DNA of 63,668 nucleotides, filler included, from an uncultured archaeon (GTDB taxonomy: Archaea > Nanobdellota > Nanobdellia > Woesearchaeales > CAIVOO01), in the NCBI GenBank assembly GCA_903842985.1. It is 8 parts of 8 records of this genome, joined end to end, with 100 filler letters (N's around TTAATTAATTAA, not from the genome) between each part and the next. Parts side by side here need not be neighbours in the genome. Positions count along the whole stretch, not along the records: positions 45,149 to 51,626 come from CAIMOB010000021.1; positions 51,727 to 55,445 come from CAIMOB010000022.1; positions 55,546 to 57,661 come from CAIMOB010000025.1; 5 more parts are not named here. One strand, 5' to 3'. Position numbers and translations under genes: made by a program. Shown here piece by piece: positions 46,574 to 57,457 of this stretch. How positions within the stretch are numbered: the stretch's first letter is position 1; each line of letters opens with the position of its first letter. The notes beneath the pieces were generated by a model. The model worked only from the letters and a program-made list of their open reading frames with translations, was not told where the DNA came from and made no database searches.

Positions 46574-49054
46574 ATGGTACCCCCAAAAAGAGGCATTTAC
46601 CTGCTAGTACTATTGATTTTATCTGTTTCTGTTTCAGCTGCTCACACTGCAACTGTAAGCTCAAACTATTTGCAGATTTATGAAACAAGAACAGCGAACA
46701 TAACATTATCAGTTGAAAACAGCTTCTTCAGCACAAGCTCGATAAACAATCTAACAATTATTCCAGCAGGGTTCCACATTTTGACAGCAATCTCGCCGAC
46801 TGACTGGACACTGACAGCAGGGAACATAATAAATTATTTCACAACAACATCCGCAATCTCAAGTTGGGGAACGCAGAACTTTGGCCTTGAATTAAAAGCA
46901 GACAAGGTTGATGCTGACCAAACACACACCTGGACTTTTGTGACAACAGATTATGCAAAAGCATCAACAATAAATACGCTTCAATTTCAAGTGTTAAATG
47001 ATAATACCCCGCCATTGCTTCTTAACATAGTCCCTCAAAATAATTCATTCTTGAAAGAAGGCGCTTTGCAGTTATTCTCTGTGGAGGCAACAGACCCAGA
47101 AACAGGCGTTGAATCAGTGTCTCTGGTCTATGGGCTATGCAGCAACGTAACAAGCGTCGCATCATTGACAAAAAATGTGAATACATATTCTGACCAATTA
47201 TCACTTCCTTATCCTGACTCTACAATTGTTTGCTATAAGTTTAGCGCGCAGAACAACGGCGGCGCAATAGTAAATTATCCAGGCCAGCTTACAATTGACG
47301 GAAAACCTCCTGTAGTTGCGCTGGTTGCGCCGAAGGAAAATGCAATGATGAGCAACAATTCAAGGTTCTCATTTATCGCGGCAGACAATCTAGCTCCAAC
47401 CCTGAACTGCATATTGAATGTTGACGGAAGAAACGAAGCAAACACAACTGCAAACAATAATGAAACAACTGCAATTGCAGCTTCAGAAGCGCCAGAAGGA
47501 ACACATAAATGGTCTGTAAAATGCGCGGATTTGGTTGGCTGGGAAGCAACAAGCTCAGAAAGAACATTCACATTGGATAAGACCCCGCCAAACATAACAA
47601 CAAGCCTAAGAAATGGCGTGATAATGAAGGCAGGAACCCCAATAAATACAGGAGTGACAGATAATTATGGAGTTGACAAAGTTTGGTATGAGTATCAGGG
47701 CCAGACAGTACAGGCTTCTGAATCATTCTCAATAGACACAGCAAACGGCACAGACGGCGAAAACACAGTCATGATTTACGCAAATGACAGCGTTGGAAAC
47801 CTAAGGACACTTGAATTCAAATTCATAATAGACAAGCTGCCTCCGGAAATAGATCTGGTAGCGCCTCCAGATGCAACAACAGTCGATGTTCATACAACAT
47901 ACTTTTTCACTGCAACTGATAACTATGACCCTGTGCTTGACTGCAAATTGCACATTGGAAACGCAACTGCAGATATTTCAGTAAACAATTCAGTGACAGC
48001 AGAGATTTCAAGAATATCAGATGTCGGTGAGTTTAACTGGTATGTCGAATGCAAAGATGACGCAGATAACATTGGTGAAAGCGAGAGACGCGCCATTAAA
48101 GTTATAGATATCTCAGGCCCAGACATAACCCTTGCAAGCATAAGAACACTGCCAAGAGGGCAGACAGCAAAAATCTCTGCATTGGCAACAGACTACAGCG
48201 GCGTTGCAGATGTTTACGCATTTATAATTGACCCTAATAGAAATAACCAGACAATAAATCTTGTAAAAAATGTAAATACTTATTCCGCTGATTACCCCAC
48301 AACGATAAATTATTCAGTTGGAACCTACCAGCTGACAGTGTATGCAACAGACACAGTTGGCAACAGGGCGCATGCCTCAGAACCATTTGATTTGATTAAC
48401 TCATATGTTCTTACAATGCAGGTTTCAAGCCCAGTGAATGCAAACAGCGATACCACAGTAACCGGGAAGGTTGCAAGGGACGACGGCACAGGAAGTCATC
48501 TAACAATATCATTGAAAACTCCTTCTGGAACCCACGATGTAGAAACAACAAACTCAGGCAATTTCAGTTATGTATTTAAGGCGCCTTCTTCAGCAGGAAC
48601 ATATGATGTAAGCGCGACACTAAGCATAAATAACTTCACATTTTCAGCAACCAAACAGTTCAATGTCAAAACATCAAGCAAAAGTTCTGGAGGAAGTCAC
48701 AGCGGGCATTCAGGAATAATGACTCCAACACCAAATCCCAGCAGGTCAGGAATTGTGGTGCGGCCAGAAGAAGAAAAGAAAACAGAACCAGATGATTCAG
48801 GAATTGTAGCGCAGCAACAGCCGGAGACTGAGCCAGAAACACCCGTTGTTGTGAATGAAACCAAAGGAAATGTTCCTATAGGCAAGGCGTCAGGAATATT
48901 CTCGCTGGACACGCTTAAATCAAGCAAGCTGATTTGGATTTTGCTGCTTGTCGCATTGCTTGCGCTTATCCTCATGCTTGGTTCTGGAAGGAAAAAAGAC
49001 AGTTTTGGCCTCGACAGCTATTTGGGCAGGATAAAAAGAGAAAATGGTCTTTGA
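46574..49054 (+). CDS. membrane-anchored surface protein with tandem Ig-like domains
   Basis: Signal peptide; repeated D-x-T-P-P and W-x-V-x-C-x-D-x-x-G-N modules; S/G/P/E-rich linker; C-terminal TM. Confidence 0.82.
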   Translation: MVPPKRGIYLLVLLILSVSVSAAHTATVSSNYLQIYETRTANITLSVENSFFSTSSINNLTIIPAGFHILTAISPTDWTLTAGNIINYFTTTSAISSWGTQNFGLELKADKVDADQTHTWTFVTTDYAKASTINTLQFQVLNDNTPPLLLNIVPQNNSFLKEGALQLFSVEATDPETGVESVSLVYGLCSNVTSVASLTKNVNTYSDQLSLPYPDSTIVCYKFSAQNNGGAIVNYPGQLTIDGKPPVVALVAPKENAMMSNNSRFSFIAADNLAPTLNCILNVDGRNEANTTANNNETTAIAASEAPEGTHKWSVKCADLVGWEATSSERTFTLDKTPPNITTSLRNGVIMKAGTPINTGVTDNYGVDKVWYEYQGQTVQASESFSIDTANGTDGENTVMIYANDSVGNLRTLEFKFIIDKLPPEIDLVAPPDATTVDVHTTYFFTATDNYDPVLDCKLHIGNATADISVNNSVTAEISRISDVGEFNWYVECKDDADNIGESERRAIKVIDISGPDITLASIRTLPRGQTAKISALATDYSGVADVYAFIIDPNRNNQTINLVKNVNTYSADYPTTINYSVGTYQLTVYATDTVGNRAHASEPFDLINSYVLTMQVSSPVNANSDTTVTGKVARDDGTGSHLTISLKTPSGTHDVETTNSGNFSYVFKAPSSAGTYDVSATLSINNFTFSATKQFNVKTSSKSSGGSHSGHSGIMTPTPNPSRSGIVVRPEEEKKTEPDDSGIVAQQQPETEPETPVVVNETKGNVPIGKASGIFSLDTLKSSKLIWILLLVALLALILMLGSGRKKDSFGLDSYLGRIKRENGL

Positions 49055-49874
49055 ACAGTTTCTCAAAATAAAAACAATTGAGAGAAGGCCGTATTATGCA
49101 TTTTTTTTAGGTCTTTTGTATGTTTTTATTGCTTATTTTACATCTAAAGTATTCTTTAAAGAATCCATTTCTTTGGCAGCAATGTTTCTGGTAACCCTGC
49201 TGCTGGTGCCGACAGTTTTTAAGCTTCTGGCAATTGAAGAGAGAAGAGAAAGAAAAGACGGCCTAAGAAGATTTTTTTATGACCATAGGGACATTTTTGA
49301 AGTTTACTTGTTTATTTTTTTGGGCATATTGGCAGGATGTTTTTTGCTCGGGCTTTTATTGGGTGTAAATATCTTTGATTACCAGCTTAACCTGCTAAAA
49401 AGCCAGGAAGGGCTTAGCAGCGAGCTTGTCCAAAACAAGCTTGTGCAGGGAATAGGCTCAAGCTTCCAGGGATTTTTGGGTCTTCTTGAAAATAATCTGG
49501 CAGTTGTTCTGCTTTGCTTTATACTCTCATTCTTTTACGGCGCAGGCGCAATGTTCCTTATTGTGCTGAATGCAAGCGTATTCTCAACATTTATTTTATT
49601 TGTAATAAATAATCTGACAACAACATTAAACAAAACAGCCATCTTCGGGATATTCCTTGTGCACCTGCTTCCAGAGCTTTTTGGCTTTATGCTTGCGGCA
49701 ATAGCAGGCGGAGTTGTTTCAAAGGCGCTGATGAAGGAGAAGTTCAGAAGTGAGCCATTCAAAAACATAATGACAGATGCTTCAGTTATATTTTTGCTTT
49801 CAGTGGCATTCATAACTCTGGCAGCATTCCTGGAAACTTATGTCAGCACAGCGCTTTTTAACGCACTTCTTTAG
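49044..49874 (+). CDS. SpoIIM-like (DUF95) membrane protein
   Basis: NN..V, NA, H.LPE..G...A..AG, AAFLE motifs. Confidence 0.8.
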   Translation: MVFEQFLKIKTIERRPYYAFFLGLLYVFIAYFTSKVFFKESISLAAMFLVTLLLVPTVFKLLAIEERRERKDGLRRFFYDHRDIFEVYLFIFLGILAGCFLLGLLLGVNIFDYQLNLLKSQEGLSSELVQNKLVQGIGSSFQGFLGLLENNLAVVLLCFILSFFYGAGAMFLIVLNASVFSTFILFVINNLTTTLNKTAIFGIFLVHLLPELFGFMLAAIAGGVVSKALMKEKFRSEPFKNIMTDASVIFLLSVAFITLAAFLETYVSTALFNALL

Positions 49875-49909
49875 AAACATTTTTAAAACCGCCTGAAGCA
49901 ATAATCTGC

Positions 49910-51626
49910 ATGAGGAAATTAATACTTGTAATGTTATTATTGCTCCTTGCTCCATTGGCAAGCGCCAAGCAGGGTTCAATAAAGCTTCTTGCAGTAGCTG
50001 AAAATGAAGGAAAACTCCAAGGAAGCATTGCAGATCTTGATTTGGAGATAGCCGATGGCAAAGGACGTGTTTTTATCGAATCATTCCCGCTTTCAAAGCT
50101 TGATACTCAAATAGCCACAAGGTTTGCAAAGCAGGTTGCCTGCCATTACATTGAAACAGACTGCAGCAGATATGATTTTTTCTATACAATCAGGGCAAGC
50201 TCCGCGCTTGTCGGAGGTCCGAGCGCAGGCGCAGCAACAACCTTATTGACAATAGCGCTGCTGAACAATCTTGAGCTTGACAAGTCAACAGCAATAACCG
50301 GCACAATAGATTCGGGAAATCTCATAGGGCCTGTTGGCGGACTTAAGCAGAAGATTGACGCGGCATCTTCTGCAGGCATAAAAAAGGTTCTGATTCCTAC
50401 AGGAGAAAGCCTAAGCTCAGATGAAAATGAGACAATAGACTTCATGAAATATGCAGAATCAAAGAACATAACATTGATTGAGGTTTCCAACATTGACGAA
50501 GCGCTTTATGAGTTTACAGGCAAGAATTTCAGGAAAAATATTTCATTTGAAGTTAACAAGGGCTACGAATCCACAATGAAATCAATCGCTTCAAATCTTT
50601 GCGAAAGAAGCAGCACTATTCTTACCGAAACCCTGAATTATATATATAAATCAGGGAAACCAATGTCAAACAATTCACTTGCGTTCGAAACAAGTTCACT
50701 TAATCTCACAAGGGATGCCGAAGCAGCGCTCGAGAAGAGAGCTTACTATTCAGCAGCAAGCTTCTGCTACGGCGCAGCCGTTATGTTTGATCAGCTTTAC
50801 CTGTCAGAAAGAAATTTCACATTCGAAGAGCTGAACAATTCATTGTCAGAAGCAAGGGGAGCTCTAAATAAATTTAGGAGTAATGTGGAAAAAAAGAAAA
50901 TAGAGACAATAACTGACTTGGAAGCTTACATGATTGTAAATGAAAGGATTGCAGAATCAGAAGAGAATCTGAATGAGCTTGAAAAGTCAATTATTGAAAA
51001 AAACAGCAAAGAAGCAAATTTTAATCTGGCAAACTCCATCGAGAGGCTAAACAGCGCAAAGTCGTGGAGCATATTTTTTGGAAAGCCGGGAGTGCCAATC
51101 AAGCTAGACAAAGAGGCGCTCAAGAATTCGTGCATCGAGAAGATTTCTGAAGCTGAGGAAAGATACGAATACATCTCGTTATTTTTTAATGACCTTAAAA
51201 ATATAAAATCAGACTTAATGCAGGCGCAGGGCGAGCTGAACAGCAAGAGATACGAGCGCTGCCTGTTCAAGGCGAGCATTGCAAAGGCAGATGCGGATAT
51301 AATACTCAGCACAATGAATGTCGCGCCTGAAAAAATACTGCTTTTATTGACCCAAAAGCTAAATTCTGCAAAAATGGTGATTGCAGAGCAGGCGCAGAAA
51401 GGCATATTCCCAATATTTGGCTACAGTTATTATGAATATGCAAATTCGCTTAAGACAAATAGCAACCAGAATGCATTGGTTTACGCAGAATATGCAATAG
51501 AGCTCAGCAATCTTGACATTTATTTTGAAAAAAGCAAGAATGGATTCACAATTCATATGAACTACGAGCTGATCTGGTTTCTGTTTCTCGGATTTGTTCT
51601 AGGAGTCGTTTTTTCGAAATTTTTTC
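49910..51626 (+). CDS. secreted Lon-like (S16) serine protease, 3'-truncated
   Basis: Signal peptide; GGPSAG, TGTI..G..IGPVGG...K Ser-Lys dyad; C-terminal TM. Confidence 0.87.
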
Positions 51627-51726
51627 NNNNNNNNNNNNNNNNNNNNNNNNNNNNNNNNNNNNNNNNNNNNTTAATTAATTAANNNNNNNNNNNNNNNNNN
51701 NNNNNNNNNNNNNNNNNNNNNNNNNN

Positions 51727-51904
51727 CAGCAAGGCAGCTGCAAAAGCTGTCGAGGCGCTTGACAAATACCTTAATCTTAGTATTGATTACAAGCCATTGC
51801 TGAAGCAGGCAGAGAAATTTGAAGATAAATTAAAGCACATTATGGAGCAGAAGGAGCAGACAGTTTCAGAGCAGGAGAAAAAGAAATTGAGCTACATTTC
51901 TTAA
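51727..51904 (+). CDS. proteasome assembly chaperone (PAC2) family, C-terminal fragment
   Basis: SKAAAKAVEALDKYLNL.ID.KPLLKQAE.FE...SYIS. Confidence 0.7.
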
Positions 51905-51946
51905 GGGCAAAACTTTATAAACAAAAACCTTTAGTTCTAATTTTAT

Positions 51947-52021
51947 GGGCCTGTAGCGCAGCTTGGATAGCGCGGCAGCCTTCTAAGCTGTAGGTCGAGG
52001 GTTCGAATCCCTCCAGGCCCG
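51947..52021 (+). tRNA. tRNA-Arg(TCT)
   Basis: GGGCCTG/CAGGCCC acceptor stem, GCAGC-CTTCTAA-GCTGT anticodon arm, TTCGAAT T-loop; CCA not encoded. Confidence 0.96.
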
Positions 52022-52072
52022 TTAGGACTGGAGACCAGCAAATCTCTGATTTGCGCTGCCTCCAGGCCCGTT
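52010..52072 (+). repeat. family-A core inserted at the tRNA-Arg 3' end with a 14-bp duplication (copy A7)
   Basis: CCTCCAGGCCCGTT at 52010 and 52059, enclosing GGACTGGAG (inverted copy) and CCAGCAAATC-TCT-GATTTGCGCTG. Confidence 0.88.
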
Positions 52073-52120
52073 TATTTTGCGCTATATTTATATATAAAAT
52101 AAGATAACTTACAAACTAGC

Positions 52121-52230
52121 GCGGGGGTAGCCAAGCGGCTAAGGCGATCGCCTGCAGAACGACGTGTTTAGGCGCAAGCCAATGACATGCTGATAGCGAT
52201 TATTCGGGGGTTCGAGTCCCCCTCCCCGCT
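52121..52230 (+). tRNA. tRNA-Cys(GCA) with 37-nt intron at 37/38 (52158-52194)
   Basis: GCGGGGG/TCCCCGC acceptor stem, ATCGC-CTGCAG[intron]A-GCGAT, U73 discriminator. Confidence 0.9.
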
Positions 52231-52267
52231 TAGTTCCATTTAAAATTCAGTCAAAAAAGGTGAAACA

Positions 52268-52702
52268 ATGCACTGCGAACTATGTGGAAGGGAAGCTGAA
52301 CTTGTTAACGCAATTGTTGAAGGAGTTGAACTAAATGTTTGCAGCGACTGCGCAAGGCACGGAAAGCTTTTGGTTAGGCCAAAGCTGATTATTTCTAAAT
52401 CAAGGATTCAAGAAGATGAACAGGTGTTTGGCTACGTTGAAAACTATAATGATTTAATCAGGAAAAAAAGAGAAGCGCTTGGCTTAAAGCAGGAGGAACT
52501 CGCATTTAAAATAAATGAGAAGGCATCTTTCATACAAAAGATTGAAAGCGGGCACCTGAAGCCGAGCCTGAACACTGCAAAAAAACTTCAGAGATTCCTC
52601 AAGATTAAAATCATTCAGGAGCTTAAAGAGGAAAAAGTTGACCTGAAGCCGGCAAAGACAAAGGAATTCACAATCGGCGATTTCATCAAGCTCAAGAAGT
52701 AA
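52268..52702 (+). CDS. mbf1: archaeal multiprotein bridging factor aMBF1
   Basis: CELCG...VEG..L.VC..CA..G zinc ribbon plus HTH; TIGD C-terminus. Confidence 0.92.
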   Translation: MHCELCGREAELVNAIVEGVELNVCSDCARHGKLLVRPKLIISKSRIQEDEQVFGYVENYNDLIRKKREALGLKQEELAFKINEKASFIQKIESGHLKPSLNTAKKLQRFLKIKIIQELKEEKVDLKPAKTKEFTIGDFIKLKK

Positions 52703-53390
52703 TCTTACATTCTTCAGTAGGCTCGCTGTAGAGCGAGCATATTTCCTTAAGGATTGCGTCATTCTCTACAAATCCGCTGAAAACCTTATCTTCAATAACA
52801 AGAGAGGGATATTTTGTTATATTATACGTTTCTTTCAGGATATTTACCATCGGCTCTATGTCCAATGTTTCATCTATTGCGAAAACAAGCAGTTTGTCAT
52901 TAAATTTTTGCTTGAGATAGGATAATACAAAAGACTGCTTTTCACAGTCTGCGCAGAGAGTGTCTGCTGAATAAAAATACAGGACACCCACAACATCTTT
53001 TTTGCATATCTCCTTCACCTTTTTTGAAAGCAGCCAGAAATTAAGCTCTGCCTGGGTGTAATCCTGCTTGATAAGCCTGAACTCGTTCCTGTCAAGTTTA
53101 GCATCCTTCTCATACTCCTCAAGCCTGTTCTGTGCCTTGACAAGTGTTCCCATGTATTTTTCAAAAGTTGCAAGGACTGCGGGGCAGTTCTTTTCCTGCC
53201 CAAGCTCAGTTATGTACTGGTACTGCAGCTGCAGGCTTCCGTATTCAAGTTTTTGCTGGTCTGCAAAAGACTGCATGTAACCAACGCGCTTTCCTTCTAT
53301 GACAAGCCCCAATAGCATGCCCAGCAGGAATATTGCTACTGTAATAAATGCTGCAAGCAGGTATTTTCCTTTGCTTATTCCTCTGTTCAT
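52692..53390 (-). CDS. membrane-anchored thioredoxin-fold-like hypothetical protein
   Basis: N-terminal TM; YFYS...CADC; YP.LVI; TAATG overlap with the GT2 gene. Confidence 0.65.
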   Translation of the reverse strand: MNRGISKGKYLLAAFITVAIFLLGMLLGLVIEGKRVGYMQSFADQQKLEYGSLQLQYQYITELGQEKNCPAVLATFEKYMGTLVKAQNRLEEYEKDAKLDRNEFRLIKQDYTQAELNFWLLSKKVKEICKKDVVGVLYFYSADTLCADCEKQSFVLSYLKQKFNDKLLVFAIDETLDIEPMVNILKETYNITKYPSLVIEDKVFSGFVENDAILKEICSLYSEPTEECKITS

Positions 53391-54634
53391 TACCATTTTT
53401 GAATTCTTTTTGTTAATAAATCTATCGTTACGCCGAACCAGGCAATGCCCATTATGAGATAATAGTAAACAAAAAAGAAAAGAAAAGGCAGAATGCCGTT
53501 CTCAAGGAGTTTTTCATTGCTGTGCTTGTGTGATTTATAGACTATAATAACTGAAAACAGAAGCATGAAAATACTGGACATTATCAGCGCATAATTCAGG
53601 TCAAATAGGTTGAAGTTCAATGAAAAATTTTTAAGCAAAGTCCAGAAGTCAAAGTTTATTGTGCTTAGGTTTGCTAAAAAATCAAGCCTCGGCTGTATTG
53701 CGTAATACGCTGATACAAAAAGCAGAGTCATCGCAAGCAAGCCGGAGATAATAACTACTGGGAGCTGTATCATCGCAAAATCGCCGTATTTTCTGTTAAA
53801 TATCATTTTCCTGTACTGGATTGTTGTCAGGAATGCACCCTTGAACCACCTGTTTCTCTGCTTGTACAGCTCCTTAAATGTCGCAGGTGATTTTGTGTGG
53901 ACCTGAGTGTCCAAAAGCTGGATTATTCTGTATTGGTTTTTCTGAAGCTTGTATGTTATCTCCAAGTCTTCTGTCAGATTTTTCTCATCATAGCCGCCGA
54001 CCCTTCTCAGCGCAGCTGTCCGGTAAACAGAGAAAGGGCCGGGCGCAACATGGATGCAGTTCAGGTTTGTCATCAGTTTTTTGTAGAACATGTTGACAAG
54101 ATACTCTGTCCACTGCGCCTTCTGCCAGAAGCTTTTTGGATTGTCAACCTTCATCGACGGAAGAACGCAGGCAACATCCCTATCAGAGAAATGTGGAAGA
54201 ATCTTGAGCAGCGCGTCTTTTTCAGGGATTGAGTCAGCATCCAGGCAGACAAAGAACTCGCCTTTCGCCAGTTTCAATGCCGCATTCATTGGCGCGCCTT
54301 TTCTTTCATCACCCTTTCTTTCTATGCTTATAACCTTTATTTTTTCTCCATATTTGTTCATTATGCTCAGTGTCTTGTCTGTTGAGCCGTGGCTTACTGC
54401 AATTATTTCAATCCTGTCTTTTGGGTATTTCAATTCCAGCGCAGATTTTATCGTGCTTTCTATAACCTTTTCTTCATTATATGCAGGTATGGCGATTGTT
54501 ACAAATGGAAACCTGTTTAATTTTTTATTTTCCTTTGTAACTCCACTGTCAACCAACACCAAAAACCAGAATACTGCAAAGTATAAGGAAAGCACGTACA
54601 CGCACCACAAAACAATGTTAACGACCGGGTTCAT
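53390..54634 (-). CDS. processive family-2 glycosyltransferase
   Basis: IPAYNEE, DAD, TED, QRNRW motifs. Confidence 0.92.
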   Translation of the reverse strand: MNPVVNIVLWCVYVLSLYFAVFWFLVLVDSGVTKENKKLNRFPFVTIAIPAYNEEKVIESTIKSALELKYPKDRIEIIAVSHGSTDKTLSIMNKYGEKIKVISIERKGDERKGAPMNAALKLAKGEFFVCLDADSIPEKDALLKILPHFSDRDVACVLPSMKVDNPKSFWQKAQWTEYLVNMFYKKLMTNLNCIHVAPGPFSVYRTAALRRVGGYDEKNLTEDLEITYKLQKNQYRIIQLLDTQVHTKSPATFKELYKQRNRWFKGAFLTTIQYRKMIFNRKYGDFAMIQLPVVIISGLLAMTLLFVSAYYAIQPRLDFLANLSTINFDFWTLLKNFSLNFNLFDLNYALIMSSIFMLLFSVIIVYKSHKHSNEKLLENGILPFLFFFVYYYLIMGIAWFGVTIDLLTKRIQKW

Positions 54635-55445
54635 TTTTTGTATCTCCAGATTTCCACATTTTTGCTCGAATAGATTTTTTCAAAAACCTGTTGGTTTGTC
54701 AGCAAAAACAACAAGCCGCCCTCTTCACCTTTCCATATGTTTTCTTTCATTACTTTATCTATCAATATATAGCTAATCTCATACTTTTTAAAAATTTTGT
54801 CTGTAATCTCGAGATTTCTTGAGTTTAGCACAGTGTCTGAATCATTAAGCAGTTCATTGAATTTTGGCTCATATCTTGACATTGAATCCATCAAAACTTT
54901 TTTATCCCCAAGCGTTTCAATGATGAATCCGTTTGAATAGTGCGTAAAAACAACGCCCTGCCTGTTCCTGCTGAGCCAGCCCATAGCATCCTTAGACTCC
55001 TTGTCAGGCAGAGAGGAGCTCAGATTTTTAACATAGGAAACTGCAGAGAACATAATCCCGCATACCAGCATAACAACAATCAAATCCCTGATAAGCTCAA
55101 CTTTCCATTTCATTTTCGCAAGCCTGAACAGGCCGATACCTGCGAAAAAAGAAACAAGGAAATTTGAGTAGACCGCAGTTTCAGATTTTATGAAAAACAT
55201 TATTATGAAAAATAAGAAAAGTGGGTATGAGTAAAGCTTTTTCCTGCTGTGGGAAACAAAGCCAACTGCAAAAAGAACCAGCGCAAACACGCTGAACCCC
55301 AGAATCCCTCCAAAGTCAGATAAAAGCAGTGCAACAAAACTTGTTTTTCCTGGAATTTCATAGCTTACCAAGAAAGGGTTCATAAAAATGACGTTGATTG
55401 CCACAATAACTGCAACAGTCATTGCCATCAGGCGTATTTTTTCTA
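54631..55445 (-). CDS. multi-TM membrane protein (GT-C/STT3-like C-terminus), 5'-truncated
   Basis: TM helices then WL...V.THYSNG...KY.I.YI soluble domain. Confidence 0.55.
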
Positions 55446-55545
55446 NNNNNNNNNNNNNNNNNNNNNNNNNNNNNNNNNNNNNNNNNNNNTTAATTAATTA
55501 ANNNNNNNNNNNNNNNNNNNNNNNNNNNNNNNNNNNNNNNNNNNN

Positions 55546-56161
55546 GTCCAGGCAGCCCGTCAGGTTTTCCTGCTGCGATTTTTAAATAAAAATCCTGCCT
55601 TAACCTTACTACATGAGCACCGAGGTCTGAGGTTATCCTGTTCCAGATAGTGACCTGCCATTCCTCGGTCACTTCTTCAGGGCATCCAGCAAAAAACCGT
55701 TTTCCGATATCCCAGCCTAGAATGATTTCAGGCCTGAAGACAAGGTACTGATCAAATGCATCCGCTATCTGCCGGGATAGCTGGACAAGTTTGAGACAGC
55801 TTTTATCATCGGAAATATATTTTCTTACTTGTACGAACAAGGCGTCTTCCACCATGGTCTCGATAATGCCCATGATCCTGAATGTCAGACATTCAGGTGA
55901 ATATCCTTTGTCAGGTCTCAATCCTAGCGAGCGCTCGAAAAGCTCATGTATAAATGTATTAGGGAAGGGGAAGCGGCAGTTGGAGATCACACCCAGCTTT
56001 TCCGCTATGCGCATGGATACCCAGCGCTGCATGCCTCGGCTCTGAACAAGTATTGTCTCTGGCTCAAAAGGATTCCCGGTACGGTTTTCTTTAATGAGAC
56101 AGGCCAGTCTTTCTGCCAGCCTATTTAAACTGTTTCCTGTATGCAGATAAAGTCCCGGCAT
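55546..56161 (-). CDS. recC: bacterial exodeoxyribonuclease V gamma subunit, N-terminal fragment
   Basis: N.L..LA..L...PF..E.ILVQS.GM.RW, IAD.FDQYL.FRP, WQ..IW. Confidence 0.9.
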
Positions 56162-56163
56162 GC

Positions 56164-57099
56164 TCAGTCCTTTTTCATAAAGGTGTCATTCACAATTGTT
56201 ATCCTGCCCATATCGGCAAGCCTAAGAAGATGTTTGGAGATCATATTTGTTTCTCCATAAAAGAGGATTTCATCCATCTTGGTTTTATAATCGCACCCGT
56301 AAATGGGGGAAATCCAGGTGATATCCGCTGGCCTGACAGGTCTTTCCAGCTGCATTAAATCAAGAATGAGACAATCTCTGAAATCGATCACTGATTCATA
56401 GATCTCAAGGCGCCTTAGCGCATGCGCCCTGTTGACGGGTCTTGCATGTGATGAAATGTATGTCTCGAACGGTAATGCCTTTATTTTAGCAATTGATTTT
56501 ATGAACAGGCCAATATCGCTTTCAGGGTTTCCATACCAGGGACCGAACGGGCTCAGGTCGACATCAAAACCGAATATGAGCTTTTTCTCAGGCTCCCACA
56601 GACAGTAGTGGTCATTTGTATGCCCGGGGGTTGAAATAGCTTTGAGCTTGAGTTTTCCTGTGCTGAATTCATGGCCGTCAGAGAATGTCCCAGCAAAGGT
56701 AAAATCCCTATACCCTGTTGCCGGCAGGTACTCCTTTTTCCATGTTTCAGACAGTTCGCTTTCCACCATCCGGTTTGCAAGTTTGTCAGTATTTCCGATT
56801 GAGTCAGCATTTTCACACGGCACGATAAGAAAGATTCCCGCCTGGTTTAAAACCCATGAGCTAGAGGTGTGGTCAGGATGGGAATGCGAAAGGACTGCCA
56901 GATCAATGTTGATGTTTTCAAGGATAGTTTCAATAATGCTTATACCGCAGCCAACATCAAGCAAAAGATTGATTTCGTCTGTTATGAGAAATGAATTGGA
57001 AAAAGGCGACCGGCTCCTGTTCAGCCCGTGAATAATATGTACCTGTTCATCAATATCCGTAATTTTGATTCCATGTGACCTGAGCTTTTCAATAGGCAT
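56164..57099 (-). CDS. MBL-fold metallo-hydrolase
   Basis: SHSHPDH, TPGHT, D, SH motifs. Confidence 0.88.
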   Translation of the reverse strand: MPIEKLRSHGIKITDIDEQVHIIHGLNRSRSPFSNSFLITDEINLLLDVGCGISIIETILENINIDLAVLSHSHPDHTSSSWVLNQAGIFLIVPCENADSIGNTDKLANRMVESELSETWKKEYLPATGYRDFTFAGTFSDGHEFSTGKLKLKAISTPGHTNDHYCLWEPEKKLIFGFDVDLSPFGPWYGNPESDIGLFIKSIAKIKALPFETYISSHARPVNRAHALRRLEIYESVIDFRDCLILDLMQLERPVRPADITWISPIYGCDYKTKMDEILFYGETNMISKHLLRLADMGRITIVNDTFMKKD

Positions 57100-57124
57100 T
57101 GTTTCTCATGGTTTTTATAAATAT

Positions 57125-57160
57125 GCACGGCCATTCCCGTGAATGGAAGTGGCCGTGATT
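57125..57160 (-). terminator. GC-rich hairpin, possible bacterial intrinsic terminator
   Basis: CACGGCCA...TGGCCGTG stem. Confidence 0.4.
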
Positions 57161-57202
57161 TATGCGAATTTGAACTTGCCGGTAATCCCGGCTGGAAATA
57201 AT

Positions 57203-57457
57203 TTATAATCCCAGCATCCCGAGGACTTTTTTGCGTCTTTCTTCGTTGCTGAAAACAAATGCTGCTGCTCCGCCAAGCCCTAAGATCAGGACTATCGGAT
57301 TTGAAAAGAGTTTTAAAAGCTTAAAAATGAGTTTCGTAAAACAACCGAGCCCCTTGAAGACCATCTTGACAATCTTAAACGGGAGGGTGATGACAAGTAA
57401 AACCAGTTTTACAGGCAGAAGAATAAGACTTTTTATCAGTGTGAAAATTCCTTTCAT
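57203..57457 (-). CDS. small hydrophobic hypothetical protein
   Basis: 84 aa, AGGAGG SD, LP-x-K repeats. Confidence 0.6.
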   Translation of the reverse strand: MKGIFTLIKSLILLPVKLVLLVITLPFKIVKMVFKGLGCFTKLIFKLLKLFSNPIVLILGLGGAAAFVFSNEERRKKVLGMLGL

